A DNA stretch of 64,000 bases, taken from the IMG/VR virus record IMGVR_UViG_3300045988_162372, one strand, 5' to 3'. Positions 27,733 through 35,660 of the stretch are shown one piece after another. The notes under the pieces are model-generated. The model saw nothing but the letters and a program-made list of their open reading frames with translations, did not search any database and had not been told where the DNA came from. The translations under genes and the position numbers were made by a program. How positions within the stretch are numbered: position 1 is the first letter of the stretch; every line of letters starts with the position of its first letter. This stretch comes from a virus.

Positions 27733-27769
27733 TGTTTTTACAGTCTAATACTTTATAAATAAATATCTT

Positions 27770-29824
27770 TCAGTCTTTCTTCTTTGTAAATTCGTTTAAT
27801 TGTTTCTGTAATGAATCCAATTCTTCATTGATTAAAAAATTTTTATTAAGAAGAGGTATTCTTTCTACATTGTCTTTTTTTTCTTTTTCAATCCTTTCTT
27901 CGTTAATCTTCTTTTTTAACAACTCTGCGTAATGTTTTTCTCGCTTTTGTAAATCAAGGGAAATTTTCTTCTGCTTCCGTAATGTTTCAGTAAGAAGTTT
28001 TTTCATATATCTACTTCCAAGATTTTCGTTAGCTTGTTCGGGTTGTCCGCCTTCTATACCTCCGTTATCCTCATTAGCGGCATTTTCAATGTCCATTTCT
28101 CCTTCTTGACCGTTATCAATTTCTTCACCACCCATATCTTCTTCGCCAAAATCTACATCACCGCCGCCAATAGCAGCACCAGCAGAGCTACTTCCACCTC
28201 CCATTACACTACCATCGTCTGCGCCTTCTTCGGGAGTATCACTATACTCTGCCCCTGCTTCGCCATATACATTATCAACTGGATCAAATATACCTGTTCT
28301 TTTAATAATTTGGAATGTCTTTTTCAATTCGCCTGCAAGTGCATTTTCAAGACGTAATTCTTCAAGGTTATCTGCGATCTCTTTATCAGACCATTTAAGG
28401 ATTGTTTTCCAAGCTCTTGTTACAGACATTAAAGGAATACCATTACCGCCATCAGTAATAGCATCTTTCGCTGTTGTTATTTTCTTCGCAAGATTTTCAA
28501 TTTCCAGCATTTCTGCCTGAGATGACGGGTTGTTCATTGTAATTGTAAAATTAGTTAACTCATCAGTTAAACCTAATAAAATTAAATGCACAATAGCAAC
28601 CTTATTCAACTCCATAATTAATGCTTGTTGTATTCTATTCACAGTTTTAGAGAAACGTACATCCAACAACGAAAGATTTTTACCATCGCCTTGTGCCTCT
28701 TCAAAATTCAAGAATGATTTTGGTACACGCAATGCTGTAAAGACCTTATTTTGAATAAATTTAATATCATCAATGGCATTCAAATTTTGTGCGGCTGGCA
28801 ATGTTTCAATAGGATTAGGAGCATCATCAGAACGTACAGGAATAAAAAAATCTTCAGTATTTGCCAAAATGTTTTTTCTTAAATCAATTTGACCAGTCAA
28901 AGGATCTATAATAGGGGTACGTTTAAATTCGTTTGCGATTTGCTGCACATAAGCAGGTACGTCTTGCTCGTCAATTGCACCCACATTTATTTTAAATACA
29001 CGCCTTTCAACAGAACGTTCCAAACGATAAACCAACATACTATCTTCCATCATTGACAACAGTCTGAAATGCCTTCTAGCTTTTTGTAAAAAACTGCAAC
29101 CATACGGAAGGAATATTGAATTATAAAGCAGCCTAAAATGTGCAATTTGCCAATCTTGATATGGTATATATTCATTTGTACCTACCCACACAAATTTTGT
29201 TGAATTTTGCATATATGGATTTACATTGCTTAGTTGTGTATATGCACTTGCATAAGGATTTTCCATACCATTTTCATACCTTTCAATCTCATAAACAGGT
29301 AATTCCTTCCATCCAGTTACCCCATTTTTATCATCAATATTGAGTAATAAGAAGTCATTTCCATATTTACACATGCATCTACATATCATAGGAAGCATTA
29401 CATTTATGGAAAGTCGGTTTACAAATAAATCCTGTAATATTGCTTTTACACGTTCAGAACCAGAAGTAATATTGATTACGCATCCACTATCACCAATATA
29501 ATTACATTCTTCCGTAACAATATCTAAAGCAGTACCAATTTCGGGAAATAAATCCATTAAATCGGCCTCACGATAACACAATTTAATTTCATTTAAACTT
29601 GCAAGAGAACGGTTAGTTATATCATATTGCGCACGTTTCCATTGTTTTGCTAAAAGATGCTGCTGCCTTGCTTGTAAAGCAGCCTTATCATATTCATCTT
29701 TATCTTTCGTTTTAACAATAATATCATCAGGATTTGCTCTTTGAACATTGTAATTGTTTACAATAGCACCATTCCCTGAGAACATACTATTGATACGTTG
29801 AAATATAGTAGGTTTTTTTGCCAT
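27770..29824 (-). CDS. Portal protein (gp20-like by size and position), acidic/Gly-rich C-terminal extension
   Basis: 684 aa, immediately downstream of TerL and upstream of the protease/scaffold/MCP. Confidence 0.7.
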   Translation of the reverse strand: MAKKPTIFQRINSMFSGNGAIVNNYNVQRANPDDIIVKTKDKDEYDKAALQARQQHLLAKQWKRAQYDITNRSLASLNEIKLCYREADLMDLFPEIGTALDIVTEECNYIGDSGCVINITSGSERVKAILQDLFVNRLSINVMLPMICRCMCKYGNDFLLLNIDDKNGVTGWKELPVYEIERYENGMENPYASAYTQLSNVNPYMQNSTKFVWVGTNEYIPYQDWQIAHFRLLYNSIFLPYGCSFLQKARRHFRLLSMMEDSMLVYRLERSVERRVFKINVGAIDEQDVPAYVQQIANEFKRTPIIDPLTGQIDLRKNILANTEDFFIPVRSDDAPNPIETLPAAQNLNAIDDIKFIQNKVFTALRVPKSFLNFEEAQGDGKNLSLLDVRFSKTVNRIQQALIMELNKVAIVHLILLGLTDELTNFTITMNNPSSQAEMLEIENLAKKITTAKDAITDGGNGIPLMSVTRAWKTILKWSDKEIADNLEELRLENALAGELKKTFQIIKRTGIFDPVDNVYGEAGAEYSDTPEEGADDGSVMGGGSSSAGAAIGGGDVDFGEEDMGGEEIDNGQEGEMDIENAANEDNGGIEGGQPEQANENLGSRYMKKLLTETLRKQKKISLDLQKREKHYAELLKKKINEERIEKEKKDNVERIPLLNKNFLINEELDSLQKQLNEFTKKKD

Positions 29825-29849
29825 TATCTTAAAATTAGTTTATAATACT

Positions 29850-29857
29850 ATAAATAT
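29850..29857 (-). promoter_or_regulatory. Late-gene upstream element before the portal gene
   Basis: Sense TATATTTATAGTATTATAAAC. Confidence 0.45.
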
Positions 29858-29858
29858 A

Positions 29859-29890
29859 ATGGTTTGAAAGAGATTAATCAATCAAACCAT
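29859..29890 (-). terminator. Hairpin downstream of TerL
   Basis: 9-bp stem ATGGTTTGA / TCAAACCAT with a 14-nt loop. No clean T-run. Confidence 0.4.
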
Positions 29891-29948
29891 ATATCAAACA
29901 TTATTCCTAGTCAACCAAAATAGGTTGTTTTCCAAAAATCAACCATAT

Positions 29949-31847
29949 TTAGTTGTGCGTTTTCTTAAACTTTTTAACGCATCCCAAAAGCATCATTGCA
30001 GCAAATCTTCTCTGCTCATCATTTGCACCTTTACTTGAATAGAAAGGAAGCTGATGTTTAGGTTTTGTTGAAGATATATCAATAGTTTGATTGAGGTTTC
30101 TTACATTATAATTCTGTGTTTTTGCACTTGCAATAAACCAAGATGAAACAATTGTACTGTCTTTGGCTTTGATTTTATCACGTCTAATCATATAAAATTG
30201 CATGACAAATAATCCCATTGCAAGACAAGTAAGCAAGTCGTCATGCTGCCCGTCCATATGGTCTGGTCTTCCGTTTTTATATACCCAGGTCTCCAATTCA
30301 TTGATTGTTCTCATTGAGTGAACTCTGAATGAATTATCCTTAAGCATATTTACAAAATTTGAAATCATTTGCAAACGTAAAGAATTTGTTCTAAAACCAG
30401 GTAACTGCTTTTCATTTTCCTTACCTATATTTTTAGTGTTTGCCAGATTTGTATTTGTATAGTTTTTTAATGATGGATCATCATAATAAAGATTGGGATA
30501 ATTCATTTCCAATAAGGATAATACAATAGAATCACCATAACCACCTATTGCCTCCACAACAGCTAATGCTTCATTATAGATTTTCCCATATCTATCTATT
30601 AATTGTGCAACCTCATTCCCATTTAATTTTCCGTTATATTCTAATACCTGTTCAAAACATGGGATTCCGTTTTTATCTATGGCATCTACATCAATTACTT
30701 GTATTGCAGTAAAATCTTCACCACTTCCAGAACTAGGGTCACAAGAGATTATATATCTATGGTTTGGTACTGGGTCTTTCCATATCCAAGTTTCATGAAC
30801 TGCTAAATCTTTTAAGTTCCAATCATCAGTTATTTCAATCACATTTTGTTGCAGTTGCATTTCAATTGTATCAACTGGTACGACGTTATCACTTGAACCC
30901 AAGAATGATACGTTAATCTCTTGATTTATTTTTATTTCATCATTATTAAAGGATTTGCAAGTATTTTCATACCACGGAGATGTCGGTTTCCATCCGTCTT
31001 GTTCCAATTGTTTCCATCGTTTTTCGTCATAAACAATGTTACCTTTTTTATCTATTACTGTGTCATAACTCCATTCAATTTCTCCATTGGTATTTTTTCT
31101 TGACCATTTCAAATGTCTATTATAACGTGGGTCTTGAAACCATCTAAATTCTACGACATGAAAATTGTTTTCTTTCTTAACTGCTTTTGAATATGTGTTG
31201 TAATATAATGCATCTTTACCGTTTGGTGTAGAAATCATTACAACTTTTGCTCCTTTCACTGTGTTTGTTGCTGCTACTGCTTGTGTATATACAGAAACTC
31301 CATTTTGGATAAACGCTGCCTCATCAAGGATTAACGCACTCACGCTAGGGATACCTCTTGAGGCATTTACGCCACTTGAACGAGCATACACTTTGCAACC
31401 GTTAAATAATTCCAATTTTGCTTTATTTCTTGTTTTAAAAATAGACTTAGTATTCTTAGGGGAATTAGGATCTGGTGAAAAATAATCACTACCCCACATC
31501 CATCTTGGAACTTGTTCCAAAAATGTTGCAACATTCTCCAATAATTGTTGAGATATATCAAGCTTGTTTCCGATACAAAGCACAGTTTCTGGTGAATCAG
31601 GATTTGCAAAAACTAACTGTCCAGTTACCCACGCAGAAGTTACTGTTGTTATTCCACTTTGTCGGGGTTTTATTGTAACAATATTATTGTATTGAGTTAA
31701 TGCTTTAACTAGTTCTATTTGTCGGGGAAACAATCTAAACGGAACTTCTTTTCTTTCGGTCGCATTATACGTTGAAAGATAATTTTCAATGAAATACTGC
31801 CTCGTTTTATCTTTATAACATTTGAGATATTCTAATTTATAATCCAT
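29949..31847 (-). CDS. Terminase large subunit (T4 gp17-like)
   Basis: KPRQSGITTV (Walker A-like, compare gp17 SRQLGKT), SALILDEAAFI (Walker B), and a C-terminal nuclease-type region with IISCDPSSGSGEDFTA and HDDLLTCLA. Confidence 0.85.
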   Translation of the reverse strand: MDYKLEYLKCYKDKTRQYFIENYLSTYNATERKEVPFRLFPRQIELVKALTQYNNIVTIKPRQSGITTVTSAWVTGQLVFANPDSPETVLCIGNKLDISQQLLENVATFLEQVPRWMWGSDYFSPDPNSPKNTKSIFKTRNKAKLELFNGCKVYARSSGVNASRGIPSVSALILDEAAFIQNGVSVYTQAVAATNTVKGAKVVMISTPNGKDALYYNTYSKAVKKENNFHVVEFRWFQDPRYNRHLKWSRKNTNGEIEWSYDTVIDKKGNIVYDEKRWKQLEQDGWKPTSPWYENTCKSFNNDEIKINQEINVSFLGSSDNVVPVDTIEMQLQQNVIEITDDWNLKDLAVHETWIWKDPVPNHRYIISCDPSSGSGEDFTAIQVIDVDAIDKNGIPCFEQVLEYNGKLNGNEVAQLIDRYGKIYNEALAVVEAIGGYGDSIVLSLLEMNYPNLYYDDPSLKNYTNTNLANTKNIGKENEKQLPGFRTNSLRLQMISNFVNMLKDNSFRVHSMRTINELETWVYKNGRPDHMDGQHDDLLTCLAMGLFVMQFYMIRRDKIKAKDSTIVSSWFIASAKTQNYNVRNLNQTIDISSTKPKHQLPFYSSKGANDEQRRFAAMMLLGCVKKFKKTHN

Positions 31848-31872
31848 AAAATAATGATAAAAGCGTTATATA

Positions 31873-31880
31873 ATAAATAT
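31873..31880 (-). promoter_or_regulatory. Late-gene upstream element before TerL, embedded in a short palindrome
   Basis: Sense GCGTTATATTTATTATATAACGC (arms GCGTTATAT / ATATAACGC). Confidence 0.45.
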
Positions 31881-31917
31881 AACGCCAAATTGAAAAATAG
31901 TAAAATTCTGTATAATT

Positions 31918-33042
31918 TTATAATGAATCAACAATCATTTCATCTGCTGTAAAATAATCATTATCATTTATTTGATAAGTTGCATCATTTTTTGATTTCA
32001 TATAATCATTAAATTCATCCTGTTCCTTGTTGTTCATAATTTCATCTACCATATTAGCCAACAATCTTTCACCATTTTTTGTTCCTAGAAATACTTCTTG
32101 TAAGAATTCATTAAATTCATAACAATGTTTTAATGCAAGCTGCATAAAGAAGAAATTAACACCTACGTCATACACATCAGCATTTATCTTTTCAAACATT
32201 GCTGTAATCCTCTTCCACAACGGTATTCCAATTCTTATATCCCAATTCTCAGCCAATTTAAAATCTGATTTTTTGAGGATATATTCAGCCTTTTCTTTTT
32301 CTTCTGGTAAACCATGACTGATAGCAAGCTCTAATAGACCCTTGATTGTTTCACAGAACAAAATAGGGAACATAATTCCTTTTGCTTCTATTGTCACCAT
32401 ATTCTCTTGGGATTGTATATATACATCCACATTTCCACCTTCAGTATTTTCGTTTTGGTTTAAAGTATCCTTTTCTGAATATAGCAGAATATCATTATAC
32501 TTCATTATTTTATTATATAATGATGGTAGGTCTGGATTTATCTTATACAAACTCGAAAGATATATTTCGATGTCTTCAGATATGACAACTGATGCTCCGC
32601 TTATTAAAGCATTAAGCATTCTTCTTTTATATATTTCATCTGTAAGATTTTTCATGTCATCAATACTGTCAAACGAGAAATCAAGAGTTTCTTCTGGCAC
32701 TAATCTTTGTTGTTTTATATCAATTCCATTGACTATATTAGCCTGAATGTCTATTGTGTCCTGTGGGACAGGCATTATTCTGTTTATCACCTCTATACAA
32801 AGATTCTCCAATGCAGGAATACTATTTGCTTCGTTCTTCCTACACGATGTAATCAACATAGGTAATTCGTTTTTTACAGTTTCAATACTTCCAATGCCAT
32901 CTGTTAAGTCAGTATATTCCTTATTGATTAATTTGAATAAGAACTTGCTTTCATCTTCAGGTGGCAATGCAGGGGAATCACCTATTGATGTTTCATTTTT
33001 ATTGATCGCATCAACAATATGTTTTGGTAGTTCTAAACTCAT
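31918..33042 (-). CDS. Hypothetical protein
   Basis: ORF. ATGA-type overlap with the upstream gene. Confidence 0.5.
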   Translation of the reverse strand: MSLELPKHIVDAINKNETSIGDSPALPPEDESKFLFKLINKEYTDLTDGIGSIETVKNELPMLITSCRKNEANSIPALENLCIEVINRIMPVPQDTIDIQANIVNGIDIKQQRLVPEETLDFSFDSIDDMKNLTDEIYKRRMLNALISGASVVISEDIEIYLSSLYKINPDLPSLYNKIMKYNDILLYSEKDTLNQNENTEGGNVDVYIQSQENMVTIEAKGIMFPILFCETIKGLLELAISHGLPEEKEKAEYILKKSDFKLAENWDIRIGIPLWKRITAMFEKINADVYDVGVNFFFMQLALKHCYEFNEFLQEVFLGTKNGERLLANMVDEIMNNKEQDEFNDYMKSKNDATYQINDNDYFTADEMIVDSL

Positions 33043-33353
33043 AATATTTTTTTAAGGTTATATCTTTTTATGACTTCCGCAAAGTTCATCAATTCAGAAT
33101 TTGCTTTTTTATTTTCTATGATATATTTTCTTTTTAGTTCACCAATACTAATCAGTTTACTTTCATTAGTGTCTTTTGCGTCTATTTCAATGGTTGCATC
33201 ATTCAAATTAACACCGCTTTTTAATGCTTGTTGCTTGGAAGTATCAATAGCTTTTTTAACATCCCCGTTAGCGGCTTGTACATCAGCTTTTAGCGTTACA
33301 CCTTCTTTCAAAGCTGATTTATATTGTTCTTCTGTAATCTTAAATTGTTTCAT
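33039..33353 (-). CDS. Small hypothetical protein (N-terminal FKITEEQY motif)
   Basis: The track start is TTG at 33359. The first ATG is at 33353. Confidence 0.5.
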   Translation of the reverse strand: MKQFKITEEQYKSALKEGVTLKADVQAANGDVKKAIDTSKQQALKSGVNLNDATIEIDAKDTNESKLISIGELKRKYIIENKKANSELMNFAEVIKRYNLKKIL

Positions 33354-33395
33354 AATCAAGAAATAATATATAAATAAATAGGTTATTTCATAAGA

Positions 33396-33425
33396 AAAAG
33401 CCTCTTTAAATTATAAAGAGGCTTT
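33396..33425 (-). terminator. Rho-independent terminator
   Basis: 13-bp stem AAAAGCCTCTTTA / TAAAGAGGCTTTT, followed by a T-run on the minus strand. Confidence 0.75.
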
Positions 33426-33444
33426 TATATATTATTAATTTATA

Positions 33445-34080
33445 TCATTTGAATTTAGGTGAAGTAAAAGGTTTTTTCAAATAACCTATACTTGTTATCG
33501 GCTTATCTATCTTTTGTTTTTCGTCATCAGAATGGGAAATTATATCTTGAAAAATCTCATTTATTTTATTTCTCTTTATACTTTCATTCTGATTCACGTC
33601 ATCTTGTGATATATCTTCTTCATTTCCGTTCATTTCGTCTGAGTTCAAATTAGGATTTTCATAATCATCTTCAGTTTCATCGGATTTTATTTTTGAAAGA
33701 ACATCTGTTATGTCTTTATTGCTTAATCCTTTTACCGCTTGTTTGTTAATCATCCCCATAACATATTTACTCAAATCGACATCAGGAGAAGGCAGTTCTT
33801 CATTGTAAGAACGTAAAGATTGACTTAATTTGCCTGCAAGTTGTTGTATATACCTTTTAGGGTCACTTTCTTCATCGGCTTCCACACCTGCGTCAAAATC
33901 AGCTTGATAAGGATTTTGTTCCATTCCTTCATCTCCCATTATTTCTTCCTCACCTGCATTCATATCTCCCATACCTTGATTTGCAACTGGTTCTTGTTGC
34001 GCCATCATATCATCCATTGCAGGTTCTGGTGTATTAACCTTTATCACCTTTCTTTCTTCTACTTCACTTGCTTCACTCAA
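33445..34080 (-). CDS. Acidic protein. Either an independent TTG-initiated ORF or the -1 frame extension of the upstream 507-aa ORF
   Basis: TTG start only, and the first ATG is 21 codons in. An A10 run lies immediately 5' of it on the coding strand. Confidence 0.45.
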   Translation of the reverse strand: MSEASEVEERKVIKVNTPEPAMDDMMAQQEPVANQGMGDMNAGEEEIMGDEGMEQNPYQADFDAGVEADEESDPKRYIQQLAGKLSQSLRSYNEELPSPDVDLSKYVMGMINKQAVKGLSNKDITDVLSKIKSDETEDDYENPNLNSDEMNGNEEDISQDDVNQNESIKRNKINEIFQDIISHSDDEKQKIDKPITSIGYLKKPFTSPKFK

Positions 34081-35600
34081 CTTTTTTTTTTCGCACCAAA
34101 ATGAGCGAGAACAGCATCAGCAATCAAATCAACGATTTTATCTGTATAAGGAGCGTTAGAACCTATCTGTTTTCCATAAGGTTCTTCACCTTGTGCAGAC
34201 TCATCATCCCATTCATGACCGATTTTTGACACTTCCTTGTTGGGTGGTGTTGTCATTGCCTGTTTCTGATATGCAGGATGTTTCCCAAAATCATTTAAGA
34301 CCATTGTAGATTCATTGCAATTTCTTTTCTTAGATTCTCCATATAAATCCTCATCGTCAGCAAACCCCCATTCTTCATCGTCGGGAATTCTGTCAAATTC
34401 ATAGTCAGCAGGGCTGTACGCCGTACTTTCTGGGTCTAATCTTGGGTCATCTATATGTGGAAAACCTGCATCAGGGAATGGAAGTTCTTCATCATCAATC
34501 TCGAAGCTATATTCATCATCTTCGTCTGGCATACCCGCAACATCATTAACATCAATGTTTTCCTCATTTACGGAAGGATTTTCTTCAAAAGGTTGCCCAT
34601 CGCCAATTTCGCCGTTACCAGGAGTCGGGCAATTTTGATTATCTGAATTATGAACCACATCGCACCCTTCTTCTACTTTTTGGCAATCTCCACATTCAGC
34701 ATACGGCGCAGTATCGCCTATTTCAGTTCCATGAGATTTATCCATATAATCAGCACTTCCATTCCAAGCCAATACTTGTTCTTCAGTTACCTTGATACGA
34801 ATAGGTTTCTTTTTGGATTCATTCATTTTTACGGCATTAGCACCACTAGGACGTTTGTCTGCTACTGAATTATCGGGAACATATTTTGCCTTGTCAGTAT
34901 ATACTTCGCCTTTTTCTCCTTTCTCATTTTTATCTGATTGCATATCAGCATCAGTCGCTTTTCCATCCTTATCATAAGGTTTTCCTGCCTTCTCATGATC
35001 TGAGAGTTCTTTCTTGAAATCCTTATCACCACTAGCCACAGCAGTATCAGTATAAGGGCTATTCACTTGTTTATCTGAAGGATTCTTCGCAGGTGCTTCT
35101 GGAAGAGTGTGTTTCATTGTGAAACTTTTTTCAGAATGTTCTTCATTAAGCAGAGCGTCAACATTTCTTGTAATTTGATTGAAACGTTCAATTTCTGCCC
35201 TCATCTCCTTAGTTTCATTAACCTGCCAATCAGATTGCGAAGATTTCATGACATCCTCACATATTGTTTGTTTATTGGAAGTATAAGCCTCATTCAATGA
35301 CATCATCTTCAAATCAAACTGCTTTGATGCCAAAGCGTAAGTGGGATATTCATATTCTTTTTTATTGTTAATACCTCCAATATAATTGTAATCTTCTGCT
35401 AATGGTTCTGTATCTTTAGGGGGTGCAACTTTAATATAAAATTTATTACACTCTCTAATAATGCCGTATGTTTTCCCATCAGCACCTTTCATATGGTATT
35501 CCAATATTGGTTTGTTGCTAACCGTTGAAACTGTATTGCTATTACCGAAATTAATCAGTTTTTGCATCAACTCTAACTCTTTATCTGCAATATTGCTCAT
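34077..35600 (-). CDS. Hypothetical protein with an acidic C-terminal half
   Basis: 507-aa ORF ending ...HFGAKKKS on an A10 run. Confidence 0.6.
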   Translation of the reverse strand: MSNIADKELELMQKLINFGNSNTVSTVSNKPILEYHMKGADGKTYGIIRECNKFYIKVAPPKDTEPLAEDYNYIGGINNKKEYEYPTYALASKQFDLKMMSLNEAYTSNKQTICEDVMKSSQSDWQVNETKEMRAEIERFNQITRNVDALLNEEHSEKSFTMKHTLPEAPAKNPSDKQVNSPYTDTAVASGDKDFKKELSDHEKAGKPYDKDGKATDADMQSDKNEKGEKGEVYTDKAKYVPDNSVADKRPSGANAVKMNESKKKPIRIKVTEEQVLAWNGSADYMDKSHGTEIGDTAPYAECGDCQKVEEGCDVVHNSDNQNCPTPGNGEIGDGQPFEENPSVNEENIDVNDVAGMPDEDDEYSFEIDDEELPFPDAGFPHIDDPRLDPESTAYSPADYEFDRIPDDEEWGFADDEDLYGESKKRNCNESTMVLNDFGKHPAYQKQAMTTPPNKEVSKIGHEWDDESAQGEEPYGKQIGSNAPYTDKIVDLIADAVLAHFGAKKKS

Positions 35601-35633
35601 TATATTCTTTAATAAACTATAGTTATTTTAATT

Positions 35634-35641
35634 ATAAATAG
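35634..35641 (-). promoter_or_regulatory. Late-gene upstream element before the 507-aa ORF
   Basis: Sense CTATTTATAATTAAAATAAC. Confidence 0.45.
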
Positions 35642-35660
35642 TTTCAAAATTCGTTATTTA

